DNA from: a virus
Taxonomy: Duplodnaviria > Heunggongvirae > Uroviricota > Caudoviricetes
Length of the DNA: 64,000 nt
IMG/VR virus record: IMGVR_UViG_3300028048_000050
Span: 19,494-83,493 of that record
Strand: one strand, 5' to 3'
Shown one piece after another: positions 37,677 through 48,806 of the stretch. Each line of letters begins with the position of its first letter. The stretch's first letter is position 1. The position numbers and the translations under genes were made by a program. A model generated the notes under the pieces. It worked only from the letters and a program-made list of their open reading frames with translations. It had not been told where the DNA came from and did not search any database.

Positions 37677-39488
37677 TTAGAGCGTATTCTTACGAACAAG
37701 CTCGTAACGATTTGAGCGATATATACTCTGTAAAGGAGTATAAACATCAAAGATATCCATATCCTTGAAGTTCACTAAGAACTGTTCAATTTGAGCAGGA
37801 TTGGCGGGAATATAAATCATATTCTCTATTCCTTCAAAATGGTTAGCCTGAGGAGAACCATAATTAGGAATTTCAATCATTACTATAAATGGAACAAATC
37901 CCATGATACGGCGGCAAGCGTTCTGGAAATCTAACATACTGCTACGAGCATTGTAACTGTTGTTAAGATCACCATCACTACAAATTGTCCAAATAGGATA
38001 GTTCTTGAGTTCATCAAGCATATCAGGATTCTCGTGAATAATATACTCAATACCTTCAGGAATAGAATTCAGTCTGGTTCCACCTCCCTGGAACACCGCA
38101 TCACAAAAATTAGAAATTCTCTTATAATTGTCATAGAAACTCAGAGTTCCATCGACAAGAGGCTTTCTATTAGTCTGAGCAACAGTAGTTCTTAAGAGAC
38201 TATTGGTCTTACGTCCTGTCTGGTCAATGAAAGAGTGCCAATGTGAATGGCTATTAAAGAAGCCAATCAGATTTCTAGCATCATCATCAGGATTCTTTAC
38301 AAGACATACTGAAGCAATGAACTTGGCAAAGTTGAAGGGAGCTCCACTCATAGAACCTGAATCATCAATGATGACCAGACTATTGTATGGAAGATTTACT
38401 CTATTCTGAATGAAAGACTCTAGTTTCAACTTATCTATATTACCTCTAAGAATATTGTCATAAATATCCTTGAAGTTAATAGCACCAGTTGTTACCTTGG
38501 CTTCTTTCTTCACCTTCTCAAGTTTAACCTTATCCTCTTCAGATGCTTGTCCTTGACGAACCTTCTCTTCGAGAACACGCTGTTCAGCTTGCTTCTGCTC
38601 CTTATAAGTTTCCCACTCCTTTACCCAAGGCTGGAACTTCTCCCACTTAGGAAGCATGTTAGAAAAAGCGTGTTCACTCTCCTTCTCTATTGTAGAATAA
38701 AGAATACGATTCTTTACTCTGAAACGAGCCTGTGCTGGAAGCTGATCAAACCACTTTAAGAACTCGTCTTTAGTGAATTCATTAATCTTTCCGGTAGTGA
38801 ACAGTACACTCTCAAGATCACCGTTGTATTGCTTACGCCACTCACGATAACCTTTAAAGAAAGCTACATCCCAACCCATCATTTTAGAGAGTTCAGCAAT
38901 AAATGCTGCTTTCTCTGCCATGATTTTCTTAGTCTCAGGAAGAATCTTCTTGTGACCTTGTCTCTTTGACATACGAGGAATAGTAAGGAACTTAGCAATG
39001 AGCAACTTATTAAATGGATTGGTTCCATTAATTACAGAATAAGTATACTCAAGAAGAGCCTTAGCATATTCTTTATCAGAGAAAGCGGAGTAAATCTTGA
39101 GAACCTTGTTACCCCTTGTCTGAACACGATTACGGAACAGAACATCAAAACATGAGTACTCATTAAAGAGCTGAGCATTCATGAATTTGATGAACTGATC
39201 TTTGTCGTGCTTCCACATCCATTGAACAATAAGGAAGAAAGCTTCACGATTAGCATTACCTCCATTGTCTACCTTCTGATTGTGGAAGATATTGTGTTGT
39301 CTGTTAGTAATGTCTCCAATACTAAAGAGAATAGTATAAAATAGTTCACGCTTCTCTTTAGAATCCTTTACTTCTGCCCATGCTCTATCAAGATAAGCAA
39401 TAGGACCATTACTCTGGAATAGATCCAGACAATTCTTCATTCCAAAGAATGGATTGTTATTTTCTTTGTTTAATTTTACTTCTACCAT
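37677..39488 (-). CDS. large protein with a C-terminal von Willebrand factor A (vWA) domain
   Basis: 603-aa ORF. It has the MIDAS-type motif VIIDDSGSMSG. There is no TAG codon in 603 codons. Confidence 0.5.
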   Translation of the reverse strand: MVEVKLNKENNNPFFGMKNCLDLFQSNGPIAYLDRAWAEVKDSKEKRELFYTILFSIGDITNRQHNIFHNQKVDNGGNANREAFFLIVQWMWKHDKDQFIKFMNAQLFNEYSCFDVLFRNRVQTRGNKVLKIYSAFSDKEYAKALLEYTYSVINGTNPFNKLLIAKFLTIPRMSKRQGHKKILPETKKIMAEKAAFIAELSKMMGWDVAFFKGYREWRKQYNGDLESVLFTTGKINEFTKDEFLKWFDQLPAQARFRVKNRILYSTIEKESEHAFSNMLPKWEKFQPWVKEWETYKEQKQAEQRVLEEKVRQGQASEEDKVKLEKVKKEAKVTTGAINFKDIYDNILRGNIDKLKLESFIQNRVNLPYNSLVIIDDSGSMSGAPFNFAKFIASVCLVKNPDDDARNLIGFFNSHSHWHSFIDQTGRKTNSLLRTTVAQTNRKPLVDGTLSFYDNYKRISNFCDAVFQGGGTRLNSIPEGIEYIIHENPDMLDELKNYPIWTICSDGDLNNSYNARSSMLDFQNACRRIMGFVPFIVMIEIPNYGSPQANHFEGIENMIYIPANPAQIEQFLVNFKDMDIFDVYTPLQSIYRSNRYELVRKNTL

Positions 39489-39759
39489 AAAATTTTAATC
39501 TGTTTTGTTTGTAAGTAAAAAAGTAAATTATCCTACCAAGTACTTTTTACGATCGAATTATTAGTACCTCCTCCACACCATTTAACTTGTCTTAAACCTT
39601 CTATGTTTCTTTAATACTGGCGATTTGTTTAGCCTCGGATAATTATATAAAAAGAAAGGAAGGGATTCACGTGGATTTATCTTTAGGATTAGAGTGCCTT
39701 CACTAGTAACCACGCATCGCACCACACTCCTGGTTTCCCTTCTACGAATCTTCTTTCTA

Positions 39760-40197
39760 TTAATTGAATTCCTCGACAGAATCCATTGCAGCAAGCTCAG
39801 CTTCCATCTCCTTGATACGATCTTCAGGTGTCTTGGTAGACTCCTTCAGAGCAGCAAGTTTCTTGGTAAGTTCAGCTTTCTTCTGCTTGTTAGCTTCAAC
39901 TTCCAGAGTCCAGCGCTTCCAACCCACAATTAGGTTGACAAGTTCCTTCTGAGCCTTAATACCTTCAAGAGCTTCGGTATCAGCCTCAATCCACTCATCT
40001 CTATCTTCGATATTACGAATTTTCTGAGTAAGAGAGGCTTTGATATTGTTCAAAGTCGTTATGCTGGTTGTATGGAGAAGCTCCACAATATTTAACTGCT
40101 GACCCATCTTAGTGGGAATTGTAACGTTGTTCATGGCAGCTTGTGCCACTAAATTTACGAGCTTACTAAAATGCTCCTTGGTGAAATTAATCTTCAT
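39760..40197 (-). CDS. coiled-coil protein
   Basis: 145-aa ORF. Confidence 0.4.
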   Translation of the reverse strand: MKINFTKEHFSKLVNLVAQAAMNNVTIPTKMGQQLNIVELLHTTSITTLNNIKASLTQKIRNIEDRDEWIEADTEALEGIKAQKELVNLIVGWKRWTLEVEANKQKKAELTKKLAALKESTKTPEDRIKEMEAELAAMDSVEEFN

Positions 40198-40398
40198 TTT
40201 TGTAATGTTTTTTAAATGTTTTTACTACTTCTTCGTTTGTTGTGTTACACTTTCGTGCAATATCTGGAATACATCTTTCAATGTACCCTATAAGTTCTTT
40301 GTTACTTGTAGCTGACTTGTTCATACAAGATACCTCCATGTTCTTGTTTAAACAATAAAGCTTCTGAATAAGATTCAAATTTATGAACCTTAAAATCG

Positions 40399-40638
40399 TT
40401 AGTACGGACTCGGTATCTCATAAAGCAATTCAGCTAATTCAGGGATTATAGCGAATCCTACCACTATTGATATTTCAGCTACAAAATCGTCTTCACCTTG
40501 AATAAAACCTTTGACAATACGATTTTGAGCGTAACACAGAACCTCTTCACCTCCCGCAATTAAAGGTTTGCGGGAGATAATAACGCAATCTAACTCCAAG
40601 TCGTTGGAAGTTAGTAATTTAGATCTTTTAAAATCCAT
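40399..40638 (-). CDS. hypothetical protein
   Basis: 79-aa ORF. Confidence 0.3.
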   Translation of the reverse strand: MDFKRSKLLTSNDLELDCVIISRKPLIAGGEEVLCYAQNRIVKGFIQGEDDFVAEISIVVGFAIIPELAELLYEIPSPY

Positions 40639-40886
40639 TTCAAATTGAATGTTTGTTTTGAATACTTGTTAATACGTTTAATACATGTTCTACAAGTTCA
40701 TCATCATAGAGATCACTTGTATCCACGAGATAGTCTTCAGCTTCAGATATAGTATCTGTAGCTACGGCATTAGCAACCAATGAGATTAGGTTGCACACAT
40801 TTTTTCTTTCGAATGGTTTCATAAATTTTAGTTATTAAAATATATATAAAATATTCCCCAGCAATTTAGCTGGGGCTATAAGAGAT

Positions 40887-41270
40887 TCAGAATAATTTAC
40901 ATTCTTTCGGAACAAGATAGTTATTGTTTCCTATCTTTTTCCACTTCCAATCAAAGTCTGCATTGTTTGGAAATTTGGGTTTCCAAGCATCAGAGATATC
41001 ACCACCACACCAAAGATTTGTAGTAGTAACTTCTCTACCATCTTTAAAACGGATAACAAACTTATCACCTCCAAATCCACGGAGAGGAGATGGATCATCT
41101 TCATCACCAATGGTATAGAAAGTACCATCGATAATTGCAACATCAGGATTACCTACTAAAGGTAACCTCTCACGCCATAGAGAACATTCAAAACATTCTC
41201 CATGCTCTTTCATACTGTTTTCATCAGACCGGGATTTACCTAGCTCCTGACCACAAATCGGACATTTCAT
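40887..41270 (-). CDS. hypothetical protein with an N-terminal zinc-ribbon-like motif CPICG...CFEC
   Basis: 127-aa ORF. Confidence 0.4.
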   Translation of the reverse strand: MKCPICGQELGKSRSDENSMKEHGECFECSLWRERLPLVGNPDVAIIDGTFYTIGDEDDPSPLRGFGGDKFVIRFKDGREVTTTNLWCGGDISDAWKPKFPNNADFDWKWKKIGNNNYLVPKECKLF

Positions 41271-41288
41271 ATCATTAATATTATAACT

Positions 41289-41609
41289 TTAAATTTCATT
41301 ATTTTCTTTTAACCAACAAACCATTTCAAATGCAGCATCAACTAAGTCCCAAGCTTTATCTATTAAATGATTAGTAGTTTCTATTCTACATTCAATTGTC
41401 CGTTTATACATATTAAAATTTGGTATCAATTTTAATAATGCAGCAAGACTCCAACAAGGTAAATCGTTTTCCATAGCAGGTGCACATATAGCAAAGTCTT
41501 GGTATTCCTTATCCTTTGCACCTAGATACATATAGCACATATCCGCACTTTCAAGTGGCATTATCTCTGCCAACTTCTTTGACTGTTCTATATCTGTGTA
41601 ACTTTTCAT
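41289..41609 (-). CDS. hypothetical protein (paralog of 21844..22275)
   Basis: Shares KSYTDIEQSKKLAEIMPLESADM and WSLAALLKL with the 21844..22275 ORF. Confidence 0.45.
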   Translation of the reverse strand: MKSYTDIEQSKKLAEIMPLESADMCYMYLGAKDKEYQDFAICAPAMENDLPCWSLAALLKLIPNFNMYKRTIECRIETTNHLIDKAWDLVDAAFEMVCWLKENNEI

Positions 41610-41772
41610 AATTCAAATTGTTTTGTTTGTTAATAAAAAGTTCAAGAGTAAAGCCTACTGGGCACAAACCTCTTGACCTTTCTCAAGTTGCGATCTTGGA
41701 AAGTTTTTCGGATAATCTAAATTTTAACCTCTTAATACCCGCCCAATAAGAGGACTTGCAAGTATGGATTGG

Positions 41773-42207
41773 TTACCAATTTCGAACTTTTAATGGTAAT
41801 ATATGATCACTTACATATTCACCTTCTTCATTCAAAAAATACACACTGTCTTTTGGAATTATACATTCCAGCATACATGTATCATTTCTTTCATAACAAT
41901 CTACTGCTACTAAATTGTCATTAAGTTTTAATATTCTAACATATAAAGAAGTTTGACCTTTTACTAGATTTACTTTACAATTCATAGAATATGAATGAAA
42001 TCCTGAACGTATTTTCCAATCTTCTGCACCACTCAAATATTTTGTGTGAGAAGGATTATCTAATTCTGCTATACGAACTTCATTCAATATATATGAATAG
42101 TTTTTATAATAAGATAGTAAAGATTTTCTAACTACTTTATATACAGGAATATCTTCAATTGCTCGTCTTAATCGTGCGTTTTCTTTATTTTGAGTTACCC
42201 AACACAT
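41773..42207 (-). CDS. MCW-family paralog 3 of 3
   Basis: 144 aa. Starts MCWVTQ...EDIPVYKVV. Third member of the tandem triplet. Confidence 0.45.
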   Translation of the reverse strand: MCWVTQNKENARLRRAIEDIPVYKVVRKSLLSYYKNYSYILNEVRIAELDNPSHTKYLSGAEDWKIRSGFHSYSMNCKVNLVKGQTSLYVRILKLNDNLVAVDCYERNDTCMLECIIPKDSVYFLNEEGEYVSDHILPLKVRNW

Positions 42208-42614
42208 TTTACTTTTACTGGTTTAATTTTGTTACTAACATACTCACCCTTATGGTTTAAATAATATATAGAACCTTTCGGGATTACGCACTCTAATATA
42301 CAAGCATCCATGTATGCATCTAATCTATATAATTCACCATGAAACATATGAAATACCGTAATAATTGGTTCGGATAATGTTTCTGTGATTGCAGTTTTAC
42401 ACTCTTGATTAGAATAAGAATGGAATCCTTCCTCTATGTAAAATACTTTACACGGACTATACATAGGAACACTTATTTCAGTCTTAAACACTTCTCCAAT
42501 TGAATAGTGAAAATTTCGGTAATAAGCCGTAAGATTTCTTTTCACTATTTTAAATACGGGAATATCTTCCTCAGCTAATTTAGACTGAGGTGTCATACTT
42601 ACTGTCCAACACAT
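42195..42614 (-). CDS. MCW-family paralog 2 of 3
   Basis: 139 aa. MCWTVS...EDIPVFKIV...EGFHSYS...CVIPKGSIYYLNHKGEYVSNKIKPVKV. Confidence 0.45.
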   Translation of the reverse strand: MCWTVSMTPQSKLAEEDIPVFKIVKRNLTAYYRNFHYSIGEVFKTEISVPMYSPCKVFYIEEGFHSYSNQECKTAITETLSEPIITVFHMFHGELYRLDAYMDACILECVIPKGSIYYLNHKGEYVSNKIKPVKVKCVG

Positions 42615-43009
42615 ATCGGCTTAATTTTATTACTTACATACTCACCCCGGTTATTCAAATAATATTGAGCACCTTTTGGGATCACACATTTCATAACAGT
42701 AGCATTTACATAATGGTCTAATCTTATATTATTATAAAGTACTGAAATGTACGTATTAATAGAATCACCATTTAATGTTATTACTTTACATTTTTCAGTG
42801 GAATAAGAATGAAACCCTTCATTTATTTGATATTGACACATCCATATATAACCTAAAGGTGTTCCTAAATTGGTTGTATAAACCATATTTAATGAGTAAT
42901 AATAAAAGGGTTGATAATAAGCACTATGATCCTTTTTTACTACTTTAAATACTGGTATATCTTCGGAAGCAATTTTTAGCTCCGGTATTGAATGAGATTC
43001 CCAACACAT
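42599..43009 (-). CDS. MCW-family paralog 1 of 3
   Basis: 136 aa. MCWESH...EDIPVFKVV...EGFHSYS...CVIPKGAQYYLNNRGEYVSNKIKPICV. Confidence 0.45.
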   Translation of the reverse strand: MCWESHSIPELKIASEDIPVFKVVKKDHSAYYQPFYYYSLNMVYTTNLGTPLGYIWMCQYQINEGFHSYSTEKCKVITLNGDSINTYISVLYNNIRLDHYVNATVMKCVIPKGAQYYLNNRGEYVSNKIKPICVGQ

Positions 43010-43213
43010 AATTTCAAATTGTTTAAAGTTTGTTAATTGTTTGTTTAAAAATATTGGAGTATCTCAGTGAAGAGGTCTTCTTATATAGGTATTCTATTAA
43101 GCCTAATCAATTTTATATTATGTTTAGGCTTTAAAATTTCTATATATCTACAAAGCTACCAAACATGCTATCCGGACATACCGGTCCAATATTATAAGTG
43201 TAGATTCTTATTG

Positions 43214-43317
43214 TGGATAAGAGAGGATTCGAACCTCTAACCTCCTAGTAAAATCTAGGGCTCTACCCGACAAAAACAAGGTGCGAAGGATAGTCGGAGC
43301 CGTTGAGCTACTTATCC
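43214..43317 (-). tRNA. tRNA-Lys (UUU) with a GC-rich hairpin insertion of about 33 nt in the D-loop
   Basis: Acceptor GGATAAG/CTTATCC (perfect). D-stem GCTC/GAGC encloses AACGG-CTCCGAC...GTCGG-GTA. Anticodon arm CCTAG-ATTTTAC-CTAGG. T-arm AGAGG-TTCGAAT-CCTCT. Confidence 0.45.
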
Positions 43318-43330
43318 GTTAGAAGACAAA

Positions 43331-43398
43331 CAGGACTCGAACCTATACTAAAACCTTTCGGTCTTGTGCTACCAATTACACTATTGTCCAACTTTAGA
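43331..43398 (-). tRNA. tRNA-like gene (D-stem GTG/CAC, T-arm ATAGG-TTCGAGT-CCTGT; the anticodon region is a GAAA tetraloop hairpin)
   Basis: Hand fold. The acceptor stem pairs 6 of 7. Confidence 0.25.
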
Positions 43399-43644
43399 AT
43401 CCTGATAGCTATCGTTTCCTTCTTCTATCTTCATATGGTCTAAAGTTTTAAATAAAAATTGGCACTAAGATATTGCATGAGTTGCCAAGTCATACGTCAC
43501 CATCACTTCACCTAGGATGGAAGGTATTAGTAGGGAAGCAGTTTGTACCTGCATTCTGTAATAGTCTATCCTAAAGAAAGTTGGATCAGCTAATCCTGCT
43601 TGCTAGGCACTTCTTTAGGCTATCAGCGTTCTAACATTTAAACT

Positions 43645-43718
43645 ATTCCCTAAAGTAGCCAGAGTTGGATTCACACCAACGACCTTTCAACCTCCCGTTG
43701 AACGCTCTTATAATATCT
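43645..43718 (-). tRNA. tRNA-like gene (acceptor AGTCAGA/TCTGGCT, D-arm GCTC/GAGC, loop CGGGAGG, T-arm GTTGG-TGTGAAT-CCAAC)
   Basis: The cloverleaf is canonical except that G33 and the T-loop are unusual. Confidence 0.3.
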
Positions 43719-43952
43719 GAGCTATCTGACTAAAATGAAGACATAAAAGATTTTGAGGAAAACTGTCTTCTACTCTCTACAAGATTTAGAGTCAAGTGAG
43801 TGGTATTTTCCAAAGATTAGTTATCTGGTTTCATCGGACGTCTAATGCTTTATATCCAGATATACTGAAGACCTACTAACTAGTATTCGAATATAGGAAC
43901 TTATCAGTCTGTACTTATCTCGTATTATCGGAGAACTCAACAGCTAATCTTT

Positions 43953-44264
43953 TTATTTTAAAAGTTTTTCCGTTTCTTCTTTTGTAAGTTCTTTTACGAA
44001 AATACCTGCTATTTCGTAATAGACATAGGTATTTCCATTTTCTTCAACTATAAGGTTCCATTGAGGAGCCTTACAATCAATAGAAGGATGTTTAATCACT
44101 TCTTTAATGGTAACCACATTGGAAAATATATCTACCACTTTTTGACCAACTTCGAAGAGATATGGTCTATTTATCATATCTTCGAAATCTTCAGTATGGT
44201 TCCAGAAGTCTCTGGCTATTACTGAAGAACCGTCTTTCTTCATATTAATTGTATATTCTTTCAT
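43953..44264 (-). CDS. hypothetical protein
   Basis: 103-aa ORF. Confidence 0.35.
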   Translation of the reverse strand: MKEYTINMKKDGSSVIARDFWNHTEDFEDMINRPYLFEVGQKVVDIFSNVVTIKEVIKHPSIDCKAPQWNLIVEENGNTYVYYEIAGIFVKELTKEETEKLLK

Positions 44265-44311
44265 ATTGTTATCGTTATTAGTTATTAAAAAATGTTCAGT
44301 AAAAGCATCGG

Positions 44312-44797
44312 CTAATCTTTTAGTTTATAAGGATTTTTTGGAGGATTTAATTCCTCATATTCCTCTACTAATGTTTTAGCTTCCTTGTAAATAGCTTTCA
44401 CATTATAATGAAGAACTCTCTTGTATTGATTAAGAACTATATCATAAACTGATATGTCTTTATCATACATTTGAGTTTTTTGGTCCTCCCATTTAGGCAT
44501 GGGAAAAGTCCAAAGTCCATAGACATTCCCTAAAAAGACTTCATCTGGAGTCATTTTAGAAATATCTTTAGTTCTAAACATTCCCCACTCACATGGAGCA
44601 AGATTGTTATTTTGATAACCTAAACCCCAAGCTTTTTTATGAAGTTCCAATACTCTTTCTAGAGATTTGGATGCACTAATGCGTTCATCCAATTCTGGAA
44701 AATGTCCAACAAGGGACTTACATCTCTCATATTTTTCTTTTTCTTCTTTAAGAACTTCTTTAAAGAAGAATCTATTAAAAATGTTATTCTGTTTCAT
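44312..44797 (-). CDS. hypothetical protein
   Basis: 161-aa ORF. Confidence 0.4.
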   Translation of the reverse strand: MKQNNIFNRFFFKEVLKEEKEKYERCKSLVGHFPELDERISASKSLERVLELHKKAWGLGYQNNNLAPCEWGMFRTKDISKMTPDEVFLGNVYGLWTFPMPKWEDQKTQMYDKDISVYDIVLNQYKRVLHYNVKAIYKEAKTLVEEYEELNPPKNPYKLKD

Positions 44798-44971
44798 ATT
44801 GTTATTTGTTTGTGGCTATTAATAAAATTGTTCAGTAAAAGCAGCACGCCGAAAACCTGAACTCTCATTGACTAGAGTAGCTAATTCTAGTTTGAGATTT
44901 TTGAACCTTTGCATTTTTTAGTTCCTGCAATGATTTAATAGGAACACTCTAGAGTTCGGATTGGTTACCGA

Positions 44972-45220
44972 TTATGTTACTTGGAACTCTATTACTAGAG
45001 ATCCTTTAGTTCCATCTTCATTTACAAAAAAAGGACTAAACATATAACTGAGCTGTGTTAACTCAAAATGATCAGAAATGGTTAGACCGTCTTTACTTTT
45101 AAGTCTAACTTTTACCTCATGATTAAGAATATCTTTTAAAAGACCTCTTGCTCCTTCTACCTTTTTAAGAAATTCCTCGTTTGTCATAATATCCATTCCA
45201 ATAATAAGACAGATCATCAA
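44972..45220 (-). CDS. hypothetical protein
   Basis: 82-aa ORF. Confidence 0.3.
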   Translation of the reverse strand: MMICLIIGMDIMTNEEFLKKVEGARGLLKDILNHEVKVRLKSKDGLTISDHFELTQLSYMFSPFFVNEDGTKGSLVIEFQVT

Positions 45221-45359
45221 TATCTGTCTCTGATTCAGAGTAAAGATCCATCATAATATATCCCATTCCTCCAAAGCTTGCTCAGGAGTTAATCCTGAAG
45301 CTAGTTCTTGACGAACTTCAGCTTCAAGATTATACTTCCTTGCTATTTGGACTGCTTCT

Positions 45360-45830
45360 TTAGATGTTAGCATATCTCATGTATTTAGATTCTAACTCAG
45401 GATGATCCTTAAGTAACTGCTTGACATCTAGTCCTAAAGGACGAGATACTTTGTATCCTTTACTGAGAAGCAAATGAATTGCATCATTCACTTCTTTAGC
45501 TTCTGCAAAATTGTCCACTATTGGAGTTTTTATCTCCTTAGCAGATTTCTTAGAAGCTTTTCTAGAGGAGTTTTTATATCCTCTAGCGGTCTTGTAGCAA
45601 CCCTCAATGACACCTTTGTAAATGGGATCCTTAGGAATCCCATACAAACGAGATGTTCCCATTTTCTCATATGGGAACAATTTCGGGACAATAATCCCAG
45701 TTACCTGGGGATTGAATCCTAACTCTGCCATTTTCTCACCAATTTCCTGGCGAGTGAATGTTCTGTTTTTGTTTGACTGAATAAACTCATTTAAGTTCTT
45801 TGTCAACTCTTCAACGTTTACCTTTTTCAT
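45360..45830 (-). CDS. hypothetical basic protein
   Basis: 156-aa ORF. The antisense ORF at 45474..45722 is rejected. Confidence 0.4.
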   Translation of the reverse strand: MKKVNVEELTKNLNEFIQSNKNRTFTRQEIGEKMAELGFNPQVTGIIVPKLFPYEKMGTSRLYGIPKDPIYKGVIEGCYKTARGYKNSSRKASKKSAKEIKTPIVDNFAEAKEVNDAIHLLLSKGYKVSRPLGLDVKQLLKDHPELESKYMRYANI

Positions 45831-45971
45831 ATTGTTTTTTGTTTTTAAAAGTTAATAATAAAATTATTTGTTATATGAATAAACTAGTGAAATATATCCA
45901 CATCATAGCACACAATGTGAATAATACACCCCAAAAGTAATCTTGGGTACGGTTTGATAATCTAAACTTTT

Positions 45972-46211
45972 TCATAATGGAGTTTGACAAGTTGAATCAT
46001 AACTATCCGCAATTATAGCAGATATTCTAAATTCTTTTATTGCATCTTGAGGAGATAGCTTGGGATATTTCAATAATAAATATTGAATACCCTTTTGTGT
46101 TTTTAAAAAATCATTACATTGAGCGTTGATTTCTTCATAAACCTGAGATATTGGCTTAGCCAACATATTAGGTTCCATTCTTGGAATGTTTTTTAAAAAA
46201 TCTTTTTTCAT
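45972..46211 (-). CDS. hypothetical protein
   Basis: 79-aa ORF. Confidence 0.3.
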   Translation of the reverse strand: MKKDFLKNIPRMEPNMLAKPISQVYEEINAQCNDFLKTQKGIQYLLLKYPKLSPQDAIKEFRISAIIADSYDSTCQTPL

Positions 46212-47389
46212 ATTGTTATTCGTTTTAATATTTCATATTGTTTAGTTTTAAAAATCTCTCCATCCACCCCTACATGGATGGAGAGCAAACAAACTAACAA
46301 TTTCTCCCACTTATTTATACTCGTTTCTGGGCTACCTATATAGTATTACACTATTATGGCAAATCTGGACTTATTAGAACCTCCAGTAATCATCAGTGAA
46401 ATTCCGAGTTTTCAAATTGTTATGTTTCAGATTGTTAATTAAAATTTGCCGTCTATTCCGAGCTGCCAACACGTTTGACTTATTTTACTTCTCGTTGTGT
46501 GCTGAGAATTACCTTAATCTTGTTCAAGGATTTTGTTTTAACTTTGTTTCCCTCACTACGAATTCCAAGATGTCACGTAAGAATGGATGATCTATTTATA
46601 CTCTATCATCTTCGAGCAATTTTTGGAATCAGACATCAACACTTACTAGTCTTTCATCCTACTTTTCGTGTTCGCCATGTGTGCAACGACCAACTGCCTC
46701 CTCCTAGCCATATGAACTCCACCATTCAGTTGGTAACGAATGAAGTTCGGCTCGCCTTAATTTAAACTTAAAACTGAAAAATTCATATTAAAAAAATTAA
46801 TCCTCTCACGATTTTGAGGGTTAAAGCCTAATATTTCGACAGAGCCTCCTCGGATGTAAATAGGTCATTAATATTATCTTCTCACATATTGAAGATCGAG
46901 CTTAACATTCTAATGACCTCTTTTAGGTAGTTAAGTCTACTTACGTCAATCGATAGTGCCAGCTATCAACGATACGGAACACAACATACTGGCATATATT
47001 GTGAACATTCGCTAAGTATTTTCATGTGCATTTTATCGCATGCTGCTTTGTTCGCCCTTAGCTTCTAAAGCCTTTTTCATCTGCTTACCTAGTACGCAGT
47101 CCTAGAGCTTAAGTATATTAAATATTTTACATCGGATATACCTCGATGTCACAACCTATAGATTGTGAATTGTACCGATTTCCCCTCGCTACCACAAGGT
47201 CAGAGCTTTTTATTTATACTCCCTTCTCTGATTATAGGAGTTTAAGATATAGTCATCGCCGCAGCGAAGAATACCAAACCAAGCATTAAAAGAATCCAGG
47301 TAATACCTGTATATTTCCAGGTATCTGGAGTTCTTGACCCTACAATGACAGCTACGGCAAAAATTGCCATAGCTATCAATACTAGAATA

Positions 47390-47653
47390 TTACCAACTTG
47401 CATACCTACAAAGACCTTTGTTATACAAATCTTTCAGGAATTCAGCAGTCTTATCCTGCTGTTCCTTATTCTGATATGTAATTGGCCACTCCCAGCAGCC
47501 AAAACTTGCAGAGATACGAGGTTGTGGTTCACAACCTACGATATTTTTACAGATATGCTCATAATGGTCTTGTTGACGACCCATACCCGTCCATGGATCG
47601 CAATCAATTTCAATCGTAGTCTTATACGGGAAGACCTTTTCATTTTCTTTCAT
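47390..47653 (-). CDS. hypothetical Cys/Trp-rich small protein
   Basis: 87-aa ORF. Confidence 0.35.
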   Translation of the reverse strand: MKENEKVFPYKTTIEIDCDPWTGMGRQQDHYEHICKNIVGCEPQPRISASFGCWEWPITYQNKEQQDKTAEFLKDLYNKGLCRYASW

Positions 47654-47894
47654 ACTGTTGTTTGTTTATTTACTTCAGTTAATAACTCTCTAGCTTGTCC
47701 AACTGCGTTTATAACAGCATAGCCATTATCTTTATGTGGCATGCTTGCATAAATAATAGCGGACATAACGCCTAACAATTCCACTTTAGGTGGAATAGGC
47801 AAAAGTTCCTCAGGATAATTATTATTCATATTGCTTTGTTTGTTTTGTTAAAAAGGTGTCCCACACTTTGTATAACGTGGTGGGACTTTACGTT

Positions 47895-48239
47895 TTATGC
47901 TATATTAAGTTTAGGCATATCCCATTGATTGATACCATGAGGATTTTGTTCAAACCCTTTGTATTCCCATTCCCAAGGATCCTCAGAAACTTCTCTCCAA
48001 GGCTGTGCAATACCATACTTTTTAGCTAACTTATTAGCGTGACGTTCAAAAGGAGATGTATGGATATACTTGCGTTGCATTTCTGGATATAACTTACAGA
48101 AATACTTATTAAAAAGTTCTCCAGCAATATCATTTTCTCCTTCAATGAAATCTGCACACAAAGTATGCATAATTTCTACTACTGTGTTAACTGCTTGCTC
48201 ATTAAGAGCAATAATTAATAATCTTTCTAATTGTCTCAT
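47895..48239 (-). CDS. hypothetical protein
   Basis: 114-aa ORF. Confidence 0.4.
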   Translation of the reverse strand: MRQLERLLIIALNEQAVNTVVEIMHTLCADFIEGENDIAGELFNKYFCKLYPEMQRKYIHTSPFERHANKLAKKYGIAQPWREVSEDPWEWEYKGFEQNPHGINQWDMPKLNIA

Positions 48240-48806
48240 AATTGTTAAGTTTATTTGTTTGTACGAATATATTTTTCGTTTCGTTCTGGCCTCATCAGCA
48301 AACCTTTTTTACGTCTTCCAGAATGACGGGAATTTTTAAGGATTTTAAATCCTTAGGATAATTCTCAACCAAATATTTTTTTAAAATTATAAAGGGTATT
48401 AGAATTAAATGGTTATACATTAGAATAATGTTACCAAACTTAAACTCGGTCAAAATCACCCTTTTTGAGATGATGTTGGTTTAAGTTTTGCAAGTTTGGG
48501 TGGGTTCGACGCCTGTGCCCGAGAGCATATCTCCCATAACAATTTTTTCAACAAATCATTATGTGAGAAACGTATTTTACCCACTAAACCCTTGTTATGA
48601 AGAAAGAAGACAGCTCATTCAAATCCCCTAAAATTTGAGTTGAACTGCCTTCATAATTCTCCACGGATAACACCTGGTCTGAATGAGAAATACATACTCT
48701 ATACCTATTTTATAAAAGGTTTCTGGAGCAACTTGTATTTCTCCTTCTTTAGAAAGTAGCTTAGTGGGAGATAGTAACCTCCCACGTAAGCATACTAAAC
48801 CGTTCA

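Noticed and set aside
46396-46765. Plus-strand ORFs 46396..46590 and 46475..46765, and minus-strand ORF 48628..48810, in the long ORF-free regions.
   Set aside because: They are isolated and overlap each other, with no RBS or operon context. The regions are more likely non-coding RNA or leader sequence.
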